Assembly: GCA_020635655.1 (NCBI GenBank)
Contig: JACJZI010000010.1
Location: 12,800-76,799 of the forward strand
Source: Flavobacteriales bacterium
GTDB taxonomy: Bacteria > Bacteroidota > Bacteroidia > Flavobacteriales_F > PHOS-HE28
Length of the DNA stretch: 64,000 bases
Reading direction: 5' to 3'
Position numbers and translations under genes: made by a program. The notes beneath the pieces were generated by a model. The model saw only the letters and a list, made by a program, of their open reading frames with translations, ran no database searches and was not told the origin of the DNA. Each line of letters starts with the position of its first letter. Within the stretch, counting starts at the first letter, position 1. Shown piece by piece: positions 54,001 to 62,748 of the stretch.

Positions 54001-57000
54001 GTGGCCGTGGAGCCGGAGCTGTCACGCACGGTATAGGCCAACTGGTGCGATCCGATGGCGAGGTTCGCCGTGTCACCCATCGACCACCAGGTGCTGTCGA
54101 TCCCGCAGTTGTCCTCCGCCTGCGGCACCAGGCCGGAGGCGACGGCCAGACAGTTGACACCGGCGGCGACCGTCGTGTCCGGCGGACAATGAGCGAACCA
54201 GGGCCCGATGGTGTCCAGAACGGTGACATCGAAAACGCAATGGGCCGCGTTCCCGGAGCCATCGTGGACGTTGCGCACATAGGTGTGCACACCCGGCATG
54301 AGTTGTATGACCAGACCCCCAATAGGGATGGGTATTTGATCGACAACGATCGCCGTGTCCAGGCTGGCGATCCCGTTGATCTGGTCGATCGCCATGAAAT
54401 TGGCGGTGGTCTGGACAAAGCCGCAGTTGTCGCTGATCGCCAGGAGCGGTGCCGCGAACGGTGCCGTACACCCGGTCATGGGGACATACAGCGTCGTGTC
54501 ATCCGGGCAGTTGGCGATGGTGGGTGCGATGGTATCCCGGACCACGATGGCAACGGAGCAGGAGCTGGCATTGCCGGTGCTGTCGGTCACGGTGAGAGTT
54601 ACAGTGGTGGTCCCCTCCGACACCGATTGTCCCGCAGCGGGGCTTTGTTGCACGAACAACGAACCGGGACAGTCGTCCGTGGCGACGACCTGCCCCGTCA
54701 GATCGGGCAGGGACGCCTGGCAATCGTCGTCGACGAAAAGCGTGTCCGACGGAGCGCAGGTCACGATGGTCGGTGCGGTATCGTCCAGGGGTTGGACCGT
54801 CACCGTATCGGATCGAACGCGGGAACAGCCGATCCTGCCGACCATGGCGAACACCTGCAGCGTGGTGCTGATGCTGTTCAGGTCCATTACCGTGTCCGTG
54901 CCGGCGATCGGTGTCCACAGGACCCCGTCCGTGCTGGTGTTCCAGGCGAGCGTATCACCGGAGGAGCCGAAGAGCACCAGTTGTGTCGATCCCCAGGAAC
55001 ACACCGTCCCTCCACCGGTCAGTGTGCCCGCGACGGGTGCCGGCAGCACGTTGATGGCATGCGTGGTCGAGAACGTATCCGGCGCATCGATCACGGTATG
55101 GGTGATCGGCACCGGGCCGGACAGACCGTCCGGATCGAATTGCGTGCCGCTGACCCCCTGACCGGACCATGTACCGGAAGGGTCGCTGCCGAAGGCGTAG
55201 TAAATGCCATCCACGTGCACGACGTAGTTGCCGGTCACCGCCAGCTTGATGTATCGCGCTGGCGTGGAAAGGATCACATTGGAGTAGATGAAGAAGGTCG
55301 AGGTCGTCGAGATGGTCCCGATGGGTGTGAAAGTGGTGCCGTCCAGGGATCCCAGGACGTTCAGGTACCCGGTGCCGGCGGCGGTCCTCCAGAGTACGCT
55401 GATCGCGCCGCCGGTAGGTACCACGATACCGAGGTCCACCGTGACATACCCACCGAATTGGTTGAAAATGGCATACGATCCCGCCACCAGGCCGACCGCT
55501 CCGCCGGGACCGACCACGTTCATGGAGCTGTAGAGTGATTGGCCGCTGCCTGTGGTGTCCGGATATAGAAGACTTGTCAGGTCGAACGGTGGATCCGACG
55601 CGCAGATATCCTCGGCATCCATCCACGCACTTGCATCCGGCGATCGCAGCATGCCTATCTGGCCAAGGAGGAGCCAGCCGTCCAAGGCACTGTTCCCGGC
55701 GATCGTACTGGACCCCGAGGCGATGTCGTTCTTGAACATTCCTCCCAGTACGAAACCGCCATTGGGTGCCGTCGCGATGGTCGCACATCCCAGGTCATGG
55801 CTGCTCGTCACCTGGTCGATCGCTTCCAACCGTCCGTCGGTCAGGAAAGTGGCCAGGAACCCGCTGATCTTACCGGTCGAATTGGACAATATCCGTCCAT
55901 CGATGGTGATATCGTCCTTGAACTCACCCGCCATGTGGATGCCGCCGCTCGATCCGATGCTGATGGCGGTACCTCGGGCGGTATGGTTCGACCCTGTTGT
56001 CGTGCCCGATCGTACCCAGATGGAATTTCCGCTGGCGGGGTCAAGGCGCGCCAGATACTGGAAGTCGTGGGTGCCGGTGTTCACCACCACACCGCCGGGG
56101 AAGGTAGATGGGGAGTGGGTGATCCCGGTGAGGTAGAGTCCTTCATTCCCTGCGGCAAGACCGGTCCGTACCAGATTGGAAGTGTTCGATTCCGTGATGG
56201 AGGTCGTCCACTGATGGGTCCCGGACAGGCTGAACGCCGAAATGTGCATCTCATGCTGGTCGGCGGCCGTGTAGGTCGCCATCAACGGACCGTTCGTGCC
56301 GTACCAGTTCACCGTGGTGCCGTTCGCGTGGTAGGTCACGTAGATGCGGGCACCATCGGTGGATACCGACCAGGGCAATTCATCCTCCCCCGAGGTTCCG
56401 GTCACGGCCCACTGGCCGTTGCCCATCAGGTCGTAGTGTGCGAGGAGCAGGTTGTCCTTGTTCGGCACGGCGACGTTCACGGTACTACCGGCCACACTAA
56501 CCGCCCCTTTTATCAAACCGAAGACCGAGCATCCACCGGCATCGACCGCGATATCCATGGCGCGGTCGTCACTCGATCCACCCGCGCGTTCGGCCCACCG
56601 CAGGGCACCGTTCGTGGTATAGGAGGCCGACCAGATGTCCTCTCCGCCGGAGCTGATCAACAGGCCGGTCCCGGACACGGAAAGCCCGTTGGCATCAACG
56701 GTCCCCTTGAAATATCCGGCCACGTAGATATTGCCGGAGCCATCGAGCGCGATGGACGATGCCTCGCTTTCCCCGGAACCTCCCATCGTAAATCCCCAGA
56801 GAAAGGTTCCCGCAGCGTTGAACTTGATGACGAAGGCGTCCCTATCACCGAGTACCTGACCGAGCGTGCCAGCGATCAATCCGGATCCCTTCGTGTACCC
56901 CACTGCGTAGACCGCCCCATCGTTGGGATCGACGGTGACATCGGCCACCTCTGCATCGCTGTTCGCGATGAGGCCCTTCAACCAGCCCAATGCATGGGGT

Positions 57001-57152
57001 TGGTCCTGGGCGCGCACGGTCCTTACGCTCGTGCTCAGAACGAGCGTCAGCAGCAGGGGGAGCGCCAACGGGGCGATACTCCGCCCGGTCGTTCGTCGAT
57101 GGTTTGCAGGCATTCGTGGACCGAAGGGTTTGGTCCGTATAGGCCTGTTCAA
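51021..57152 (-). CDS. Giant (about 2040 aa) cell-surface adhesin with SBBP beta-propeller repeats, HYR-like domains, four 39-aa Cys/Asp-rich tandem repeats and a type B T9SS CTD.
   Basis: C-terminus FIPEGFSPNGDEVNDRFEITGISAYPENELLVFDRWGRLVYQ...WDGHGRAGPALPDDTYFYVLNL is the type B CTD. Repeats IDCEGNAGGSALPGTACDDGDPNTGGDTWDASCNCAG occur four times. The alternative start at 57113 gives signal peptide MPANHRR...LLLTLVLSTSVRTVRAQ. Confidence 0.8.
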   Translation of the reverse strand: MNRPIRTKPFGPRMPANHRRTTGRSIAPLALPLLLTLVLSTSVRTVRAQDQPHALGWLKGLIANSDAEVADVTVDPNDGAVYAVGYTKGSGLIAGTLGQVLGDRDAFVIKFNAAGTFLWGFTMGGSGESEASSIALDGSGNIYVAGYFKGTVDANGLSVSGTGLLISSGGEDIWSASYTTNGALRWAERAGGSSDDRAMDIAVDAGGCSVFGLIKGAVSVAGSTVNVAVPNKDNLLLAHYDLMGNGQWAVTGTSGEDELPWSVSTDGARIYVTYHANGTTVNWYGTNGPLMATYTAADQHEMHISAFSLSGTHQWTTSITESNTSNLVRTGLAAGNEGLYLTGITHSPSTFPGGVVVNTGTHDFQYLARLDPASGNSIWVRSGTTTGSNHTARGTAISIGSSGGIHMAGEFKDDITIDGRILSNSTGKISGFLATFLTDGRLEAIDQVTSSHDLGCATIATAPNGGFVLGGMFKNDIASGSSTIAGNSALDGWLLLGQIGMLRSPDASAWMDAEDICASDPPFDLTSLLYPDTTGSGQSLYSSMNVVGPGGAVGLVAGSYAIFNQFGGYVTVDLGIVVPTGGAISVLWRTAAGTGYLNVLGSLDGTTFTPIGTISTTSTFFIYSNVILSTPARYIKLAVTGNYVVHVDGIYYAFGSDPSGTWSGQGVSGTQFDPDGLSGPVPITHTVIDAPDTFSTTHAINVLPAPVAGTLTGGGTVCSWGSTQLVLFGSSGDTLAWNTSTDGVLWTPIAGTDTVMDLNSISTTLQVFAMVGRIGCSRVRSDTVTVQPLDDTAPTIVTCAPSDTLFVDDDCQASLPDLTGQVVATDDCPGSLFVQQSPAAGQSVSEGTTTVTLTVTDSTGNASSCSVAIVVRDTIAPTIANCPDDTTLYVPMTGCTAPFAAPLLAISDNCGFVQTTANFMAIDQINGIASLDTAIVVDQIPIPIGGLVIQLMPGVHTYVRNVHDGSGNAAHCVFDVTVLDTIGPWFAHCPPDTTVAAGVNCLAVASGLVPQAEDNCGIDSTWWSMGDTANLAIGSHQLAYTVRDSSGSTATCAFALDVIDSIPPHINNCPAQDIELTADANTCTAVFTYPVLTADPDCGPLTHQRYLLTDGSSTPVQTSANLNETLPVGTHLITEVWTDGMNADSCSYQVTVLDNTDPVITYCPGNINLTADPDDCTALAQWNLPQAVDACGSVTLTQVEGPALGSPVPIGSDTVYYEAVDGSGNTATCRFHLSVIDADPPDVECPLPAVVELYLGEDCELIYPDLRDTVTVSDCSPWTNVQDPAPGTVFHGDTTLLQVMTITDSWGNTFLNQDWVHIIDNTPPQFTCPGAQIVPMSTCTGVMPDLAALVTNAEDCSGTIIAAQSIPAGSAISTATTVTLELTDMFGNSSSCTVQVDLVDDQPPTIQCNGDTIIDLQIGSTGVWFHPTVVATDNCGTPTISPAPEDSIWCTIGTTLLSYTSNDAHGNSASCSFNVTVRVLDCAGIADGTALPGTACDDGDPNTGGDTWDAACNCAGLTIDCEGNAGGSALPGTACDDGDPNTGGDTWDASCNCAGLLIDCEGNAGGSALPGTACDDGDPNTTNDTFDANCNCVGTPLATDCEGVPGGSALPGTSCDDGDPCTVNDTWDGNCNCAGTLDLPDAAFAYAASIYCTASMDPSPWVAEQGGTFSVDTAGLAIDPATGAIDLDASTPGAYLITHTIGTTCTSTSSQTLTITMAANATWTSPGTICASNGPVDPDIWVTGDLGGAWSGPGIGSGSFDPSGLSGTITLTYTVGDADCTVAMDNSITVLPGPTANAGPDTTFCGLSGQLGASLEQAVGTWSGPAMISFSNVNDPHAIVTATAPGSYPLTWTVGDGQCYASDLMTVTIVDPGTNIWVNAGPDQQLAIVTNTTLHGDADPAADLHWELLLGSGVVTDPQQATTEVSGLGIGTNAFMLTASLGPCASTSDTVLIQVADLFIPEGFSPNGDEVNDRFEITGISAYPENELLVFDRWGRLVYQAGPYTNTWDGHGRAGPALPDDTYFYVLNLGDGTTYKGTVIIKR

Positions 57153-57235
57153 CGAGAGGGGCCGAAGGGGGTTACGTCGACAAGTGTTCCCAGGTACGGC
57201 CCCCTACATTCGCGAACGGACCTGAATTCTCCCGG

Positions 57236-59434
57236 ATGCGTCGGATCAAGCTCCTTCTGGTCACGGTACAAGCCCTGCTGGCCCTCTTCGCCCACGCCCA
57301 CGAGGGCATGTGGCTACCCGCCATGCTCACGGCCATCCAGGACAGCATGCAGGCCGAGGGCCTTCAGTTGACCGCGGAGGACATCTACAGCGTTTCCCAC
57401 GGCAGCCTGAAGGATGCCGTGATGATCTTCGGTGGGGGATGCACCGCCGAAGTGGTCAGCGACCAGGGCCTGGTCCTCACGAACCATCATTGTGGTTTCA
57501 GTGCGATCCAGCGCCACTCCAGCGTGGACCATGACTATCTGAAGGACGGCTTTTGGGCGATGGACCGTTCGCAGGAGCTCATGGACCCGGGTCTGACGGT
57601 CACGTTCATCGTGAGCATGGAGGATGTCACGGACCGTGTGTTGGCCGGGGTGGACGTGGGAATGACCGCAAGCGCGCGTCAGGCGGCCATCGAGGCGGCC
57701 AGCGCGGTCGTCGTAAAGGAGGCCGAGCAGGACGGTGACCATGGTGCGGTCGTGCGTTCGTTCAACTATGGTCTGCAATTCATCCTGATCGTCACCGAGA
57801 CCTATCGCGACGTGCGCCTGGTCGGGGCTCCGCCGGCATCCGTGGGCAAGTTCGGCGGAGATACCGACAACTGGATGTGGCCGCGGCACACCGGCGATGT
57901 CTCCGTGTTCCGCATCTACGCGGGCCCCGACAACCGGCCCGCCAGCCCTTCGCCGGACAACGTGCCGTACCACCCCCGGCACGTGCTGCCGATCTCCATG
58001 GACGGGGTGCGGGAGGGGGACTTCGCCATGGTGTTCGGGTTCCCGGCCCGCACGCAGCGCTATCTGCCTTCGGCCGGCATCCGGCAGGTGATGGAAGTGA
58101 CCGACCCCTTGCGGATCGCCATGCGGAAGGCGAGCCTCGCCGTGATCGACCAGGCGATGCGCAGCAGCGATACCCTGCGTATCATGTACGCGTCCAAGCA
58201 GAGCGGGATCAGCAACGGCTATAAAAAATGGATCGGTGAACTGCGGGGTCTTCGGGAGCTGCATGCGTTCGATGATCGTCGCAGGGACGAGCAGCGCTAT
58301 CGCGAGCGGGCCGCCAGCAGCGGCAACGAGGCACTTTCCGCGACCTTGGACAGCCTTCAGGACCTCTACGACCGGATCGCCCCGTACACCCTGGCACGTG
58401 ACCTCTTCATCGAGCTCTATTACTACGGTCCCGACCTGATGCGCTTCGCCGAACAGGCCCGTCAACTGGCCGAGCACGGGGAGGAACTGGAGCGGGAGGG
58501 CAAGCTCCAAGCGGAGCTCCACCGCCTTCGTCAGCGCGCCGAGGACCACTTCGCCAGGAGCGACCAACGGGTGGACCAGGCGATCCTGGCCGCCATACTG
58601 CCCTATTACCTGGAACACATCGCCCCGGAACTGCGGGCGCCCGTGCTGGACCGGATCCAGGACAAGCACCAGGGTGATATGAACGCGTTCGTCGCCGATC
58701 TCTACGGGCGATCGTTCCTGACGTCCAAAGGCCGGTTCGAGCGTCTGCTGGGACGCCCTGCACGGACGATCGAACGGGAACTGGCGCGCGATCCCGGCTA
58801 TCTGCTCTCCACCGGCACGCTCGATCTGTACCGGTCGGTCGCGGTGCCGAACCATGCCCGGCTGAGCGAGGCGATCGACGCCATGATGCGCCACGAACTG
58901 GCGGGAGCGATGCAGCTCTTTCCGGACAGCATCTTTTGGCCGGACGCCAATGGGACCTTGCGTCTGTCATACGGTCAGGTGGAGGGGAGCCACCCCAGGG
59001 ATGGCGTCACCTATGGGCCCTTCACGACCCTGGAGGGGATGATGCAGAAATATGTGCCGGGCGATCCGGAGTTCGACGTTCCCGACCGGTTGATCGCGCT
59101 CTACCGGAACAAGGACTATGGTCCGTACGGTGTGGATGGCACGATGCCCGTTTGTTTCACCGCTTCGCTGCACACCACCGGTGGGAACAGTGGCAGCCCG
59201 GTGCTCAACGGTCGGGGTGAACTGATCGGGATCAACTTCGATCGCACGTGGGAGAGCACCATGAGCGACATCCGGTTCGATCAAACGAAGTGCCGCAACA
59301 TCAGCGTCGACATCCGCTACGTGCTGTTCATCATGGACAAGCTCTGCGGTGCCGGTCATCTCGTGCGGGAGATGCAGCTCGTTCACCACGGGGCGGATGG
59401 ACCGCATGTCATCCCCCTCCCCATACATCGTTGA
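57236..59434 (+). CDS. S46 family serine peptidase (DPP7/DPP11-type dipeptidyl-peptidase).
   Basis: Catalytic His in [21 protein letters not shown] and catalytic Ser in [21 protein letters not shown]. Signal peptide [21 protein letters not shown]. 732 aa. Confidence 0.8.
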   Translation: MRRIKLLLVTVQALLALFAHAHEGMWLPAMLTAIQDSMQAEGLQLTAEDIYSVSHGSLKDAVMIFGGGCTAEVVSDQGLVLTNHHCGFSAIQRHSSVDHDYLKDGFWAMDRSQELMDPGLTVTFIVSMEDVTDRVLAGVDVGMTASARQAAIEAASAVVVKEAEQDGDHGAVVRSFNYGLQFILIVTETYRDVRLVGAPPASVGKFGGDTDNWMWPRHTGDVSVFRIYAGPDNRPASPSPDNVPYHPRHVLPISMDGVREGDFAMVFGFPARTQRYLPSAGIRQVMEVTDPLRIAMRKASLAVIDQAMRSSDTLRIMYASKQSGISNGYKKWIGELRGLRELHAFDDRRRDEQRYRERAASSGNEALSATLDSLQDLYDRIAPYTLARDLFIELYYYGPDLMRFAEQARQLAEHGEELEREGKLQAELHRLRQRAEDHFARSDQRVDQAILAAILPYYLEHIAPELRAPVLDRIQDKHQGDMNAFVADLYGRSFLTSKGRFERLLGRPARTIERELARDPGYLLSTGTLDLYRSVAVPNHARLSEAIDAMMRHELAGAMQLFPDSIFWPDANGTLRLSYGQVEGSHPRDGVTYGPFTTLEGMMQKYVPGDPEFDVPDRLIALYRNKDYGPYGVDGTMPVCFTASLHTTGGNSGSPVLNGRGELIGINFDRTWESTMSDIRFDQTKCRNISVDIRYVLFIMDKLCGAGHLVREMQLVHHGADGPHVIPLPIHR

Positions 59435-59436
59435 CC

Positions 59437-59679
59437 ATGACCGACTGGAAGGAGACGAACGAAAGACTGGAACGCAGGTTCCAGTTCAAGGATTTCAGCG
59501 AGGCCTTCGCCTTCATGACGCGCGTGGCACTGGCCGCTGAGAAGATGGACCATCATCCGGAGTGGAGCAATGTGTACAACAGGGTGGACATCGCATTGAG
59601 CACGCATTCCGCCGGTGGCAAGGTCACGGAGAAGGACCGCGCCCTGGCCGCGCAGATCGATCGCCTTGTAGGGAAATAG
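59437..59679 (+). CDS. Pterin-4a-carbinolamine dehydratase (PCD/DCoH).
   Basis: 80 aa. [36 protein letters not shown] contains the conserved HHP pterin-binding motif of PCD/DCoH. Starts 2 nt after the S46 stop. Confidence 0.75.
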   Translation: MTDWKETNERLERRFQFKDFSEAFAFMTRVALAAEKMDHHPEWSNVYNRVDIALSTHSAGGKVTEKDRALAAQIDRLVGK

Positions 59680-59683
59680 AAAA

Positions 59684-59710
59684 GGCCCCGCAGAACGGGG
59701 CCCTTTCGAT
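59684..59710. terminator. Bidirectional rho-independent terminator between convergent genes.
   Basis: A-tract AAATAGAAAA, stem GGCCCCG, loop CAGAA, stem CGGGGCC, then CTTTCG. Confidence 0.55.
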
Positions 59711-59726
59711 CTTGTTCCCGCAGACC

Positions 59727-60263
59727 TCAACTTGTCTTCTTGACGAAGGCCTTGATGCGCAGCACGGTCTGTTTGGGCTCGGTGTTGGCCGTGACGGTCA
59801 CGGTCTTCTGCTGCTGGTTCTCCTGTTTTCCCGGCTTGTACACCACGTCGATGTTGCCCTTTCCACCGGGCGGGATGGGTTCCTTCGGATAGCTCGGTAC
59901 GGTGCAACCGCAGGATCCCTGCGCGTTCTCGATCACCAGCGGTTCCTTGCCGGTGTTGGTGAAGGCGAACGTGTAGTGGTTCTCGCTGTCCTGCATCACA
60001 TTGCCGAAATCATGGTCCATGATCGGGAAGTTCACCGTCGTCTTCGGTCGGTTGTCCGCCGCAGGTGTCACCTGTTTGGACAGTGGGTCGAATTTCTTGT
60101 TGGCGGCATCCCGGAGCGTCGTGCTCGGCTCGTTCTTCATGGCTGCCGAGGAAGGCCCCGCGTCAGCACTTCTGGCGCTCGTGGCGCTTCCCTGTCCTGC
60201 TGCCATGTAGATCAGGGTCCCGGCGATGATCGCCAGCAGGACGATCTTGATGGTGTCCTTCAT
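59727..60263 (-). CDS. DUF1573 domain-containing secreted or anchored protein.
   Basis: HDFGNVMQDSENHYTFAFTNTGKEPLVIENAQGSCGCT matches the DUF1573 pattern (F.....G..PL.I......CGCT). N-terminal TM or signal MKDTIKIVLLAIIAGTLIYMAA. Confidence 0.65.
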   Translation of the reverse strand: MKDTIKIVLLAIIAGTLIYMAAGQGSATSARSADAGPSSAAMKNEPSTTLRDAANKKFDPLSKQVTPAADNRPKTTVNFPIMDHDFGNVMQDSENHYTFAFTNTGKEPLVIENAQGSCGCTVPSYPKEPIPPGGKGNIDVVYKPGKQENQQQKTVTVTANTEPKQTVLRIKAFVKKTS

Positions 60264-60354
60264 CGGTCGAATGGTTTGGTTGCTTGGTTCGGAGGGCTAC
60301 GAAAATAGAAGCGTTCCCCTGACGAAAGGGGGGCATTAACGATCCATTAACAGC

Positions 60355-61962
60355 CTAGAACCGCGCCATCCCCATGCGCTCGTAGGTGTCATCGGACAAG
60401 GCTTCCAGGGCGCGTCGGAAACTGCTGTCCACCGGATTGTCCGTATTGATCACCTGCCAATAGGCCGAGGTATCCCAAAGGTCGCGGGCGATGAGCGCCT
60501 TGGACCGCAGTTCGATCAGGTCCTTGGAGCGGACCATTCCTTCGGGATCGGCATCGATGCCATCCTTCTCACCCGCCCGTGCGAGGTCATCCAGGAATTT
60601 GTCATCGATGTGGAAGTCCTTGATGAAAACGTCGACATTCTTGTAACGGTCCAACAGGTCGGTCCTGTGCGCATCCACATAGGTGAGGGAAAAGGTGTTC
60701 AGGGTGCCCTTGCGCACCAGCTTGCCGAACATTTCCGAGCTCAGTGTGGTATCGAGCGGCACGAAGAGGTCGGGCATGATGCCACCGCCACCATAGACCA
60801 CCCGCTTGTTCATTGTGAAGAAACGAGCGGTGTCAGCGGGATGGATGCTGTCCAATGAGGTCAGTTCACCGTGTCTGAGCCGCTCCAGGCGGTCGCGGCG
60901 ATAGGCCTCGATCCCGTCCGCGTAGGATTTCTGGATGCAACGTCCGCTGGGCGTGTAATATCGGGATACCGTCAATCGAACGGCCGATCCGTCCGGCAGC
61001 ATCACGGGCCGTTGGACCAGCCCTTTGCCGAAGGAGCGCCGGCCGATCACCAGACCCCGGTCCCAATCCTGAATGGCCCCGGTGACGATCTCGCTTGCCG
61101 ATGCCGAACCCTCATCGATCAGGACGACGAGCCGCCCCTTCTCGAAATGACCGTTCGAGGTAGCGTAGGTGTTGTCGCGGGGCGTGGTGCGCCCCTCGGT
61201 ATAGACGATCAGCCGTTTGTCGCTGAGGAACTCATCGGCCACCTCGATGGCCGAACGCAAGTATCCCCCTCCGTTCCCCTGTAGGTCGAGGATCAGGTCC
61301 TGCATGCCTTCCGCGTGGAGCTTGTCCAGGGCCTCGCGGAGCTCCTTGCCCGTGGTGGCGCTGAACCGGCTCAGTTTCACGTAGCCCACTGTGGGGGTGG
61401 CCATGTAGCTGGCTTCGATGCTGTAGATGGGGATCTTGTCCCGGGTGATCGTGAAATCAAGGAGGTCCTTCACCCCACGGCGTTGAATGCCCACCACGAC
61501 CTTCGTGCCTTTGGGACCACGCAGTTTGTCCATGACGTCGCTGTTGCGGATCCCGATCCCGGCCACGGGCTGGTCCTCGATCGTGATGATCCGGTCGCCC
61601 GCACGGATGCCCAACCGCTCTGAGGGCCCACCGGCGATCGCATCCACCACGTAGATCGTATCGCGAACAATGTTGAACTGGATGCCGATCCCATCGAAGT
61701 TGCCCTTGAGCGGTTCGTTCACCTCCTCCAGTTCATCCTTCGGAATGTAGATCGAATGGGGGTCGAGTTCCTCCAGCATGCCGCGGATCGCCTTCTCGAC
61801 GAGCTTGTTGTCGTCCACGCTGTCCACATACATGCGGTCGATATGGTACAGCAGCGCCTCCAGTTTGCCGATCGTGGCCGGGTCTTGTGCCTGGGCGGCC
61901 AGGCCGACCGGGGCGGAAAGTGTTGCAGCGAAGAGGGCAACGAGGAGTGTTTCGCGCTTCAT
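60355..61962 (-). CDS. S41 family C-terminal processing peptidase (Ctp/Prc-like) with PDZ domain.
   Basis: LVVLIDEGSASASEIVTGAIQDWDRGLVIGRRSFGKGLVQ (catalytic Ser and Lys region) plus an upstream PDZ. Signal peptide MKRETLLVALFAATLSAPVGLAAQA. Start moved to 61962. Confidence 0.8.
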   Translation of the reverse strand: MKRETLLVALFAATLSAPVGLAAQAQDPATIGKLEALLYHIDRMYVDSVDDNKLVEKAIRGMLEELDPHSIYIPKDELEEVNEPLKGNFDGIGIQFNIVRDTIYVVDAIAGGPSERLGIRAGDRIITIEDQPVAGIGIRNSDVMDKLRGPKGTKVVVGIQRRGVKDLLDFTITRDKIPIYSIEASYMATPTVGYVKLSRFSATTGKELREALDKLHAEGMQDLILDLQGNGGGYLRSAIEVADEFLSDKRLIVYTEGRTTPRDNTYATSNGHFEKGRLVVLIDEGSASASEIVTGAIQDWDRGLVIGRRSFGKGLVQRPVMLPDGSAVRLTVSRYYTPSGRCIQKSYADGIEAYRRDRLERLRHGELTSLDSIHPADTARFFTMNKRVVYGGGGIMPDLFVPLDTTLSSEMFGKLVRKGTLNTFSLTYVDAHRTDLLDRYKNVDVFIKDFHIDDKFLDDLARAGEKDGIDADPEGMVRSKDLIELRSKALIARDLWDTSAYWQVINTDNPVDSSFRRALEALSDDTYERMGMARF

Positions 61963-62042
61963 GGATGGGAAAAGTGCCTTGAACAGGGCCTCAATGTAAC
62001 GGTGCATGGGGTCCGAGGGTTGCTCTGGACCGTTAATGGACG

Positions 62043-62618
62043 TTAAGGCGAGGCCCCGTTGCCCAGCCGGAAATCGGACCCCGGGACCGGCTTGCCGTCC
62101 CGGTATTTCACGATCCGGACCAGGTGTCCGTTCTTGTAGTACCGCCATTTGCCGTTCGCCACGCCCTTCTTGTAGCGCGCCAGGATCCCTTCCTTCCGGA
62201 ACGCCCACAGGCCATCGCGTTGTCCGTTGTGGTAGCGACCTTTCAGCGAGACCTTCCCGAACTCATCGTACTCGGTCCAGTCGCCGTTCAACGACCCCCA
62301 GCCATAGACGGCGAAAATGAGGGGTTTCCCATCCGGATAGTAGGCGCGATAGACCCCGCTCGGTCTGCCCCGCTTGAAATCCAGCTCAACCGCTGTTCGC
62401 ATGGTGTCGAAGGCATAATACCCCTTCAAGGTATAGACCTCCGTGTCCGGATGGGGCGCATAGGAAACGGCATAGGCATAGGTCGTGTCCCCGGATGGAA
62501 CAAAGAGGGTGTCCGGTTGTGCGGCACCTGCAGATACCAGAAGGACCGAACAGGGGAGTGAAAGGATACGCAGGGCCGACCGGTCCGTCAGGGCATGCTT
62601 TGCTGTTCCGGATGACAT
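62043..62618 (-). CDS. MORN-variant repeat protein (YwqK family), secreted.
   Basis: Repeated G.W..Y..nGk units: NGDWTEYDEFGKVSLKGRYHNGQRDGLWAFRKEGILARYKKGVANGKWRYYKNGHL. N-terminal signal peptide. Confidence 0.5.
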   Translation of the reverse strand: MSSGTAKHALTDRSALRILSLPCSVLLVSAGAAQPDTLFVPSGDTTYAYAVSYAPHPDTEVYTLKGYYAFDTMRTAVELDFKRGRPSGVYRAYYPDGKPLIFAVYGWGSLNGDWTEYDEFGKVSLKGRYHNGQRDGLWAFRKEGILARYKKGVANGKWRYYKNGHLVRIVKYRDGKPVPGSDFRLGNGASP

Positions 62619-62748
62619 GGCCCGCAAAGTTAGAGGGTCGCCCGCGCGATGGACAACGCGGATGCCGGCCGCTCCGTCATGGATGTACAGGGGACCATCC
62701 ATGCGGATCCCACCGGAACCTTATCTTCGACCGCTTCAACTCTTCACG

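Noticed and set aside
57153-57235. 8-bp inverted repeat AGGGGCCG...CGGCCCCT in the divergent intergenic region between the giant adhesin and the S46 peptidase.
   Set aside because: The arms are 32 nt apart with no further support. It could be a regulator site, but a single imperfectly spaced inverted repeat in GC-rich DNA is weak evidence.
52758-57371. Two long plus-strand ORFs (926 aa and 524 aa).
   Set aside because: Antisense to the 2043-aa giant adhesin gene. The adhesin frame carries SBBP, HYR and CTD signatures and these carry none.
57314-58894. 526-aa minus-strand ORF.
   Set aside because: Antisense to the S46 peptidase gene, which has catalytic His and Ser motifs.
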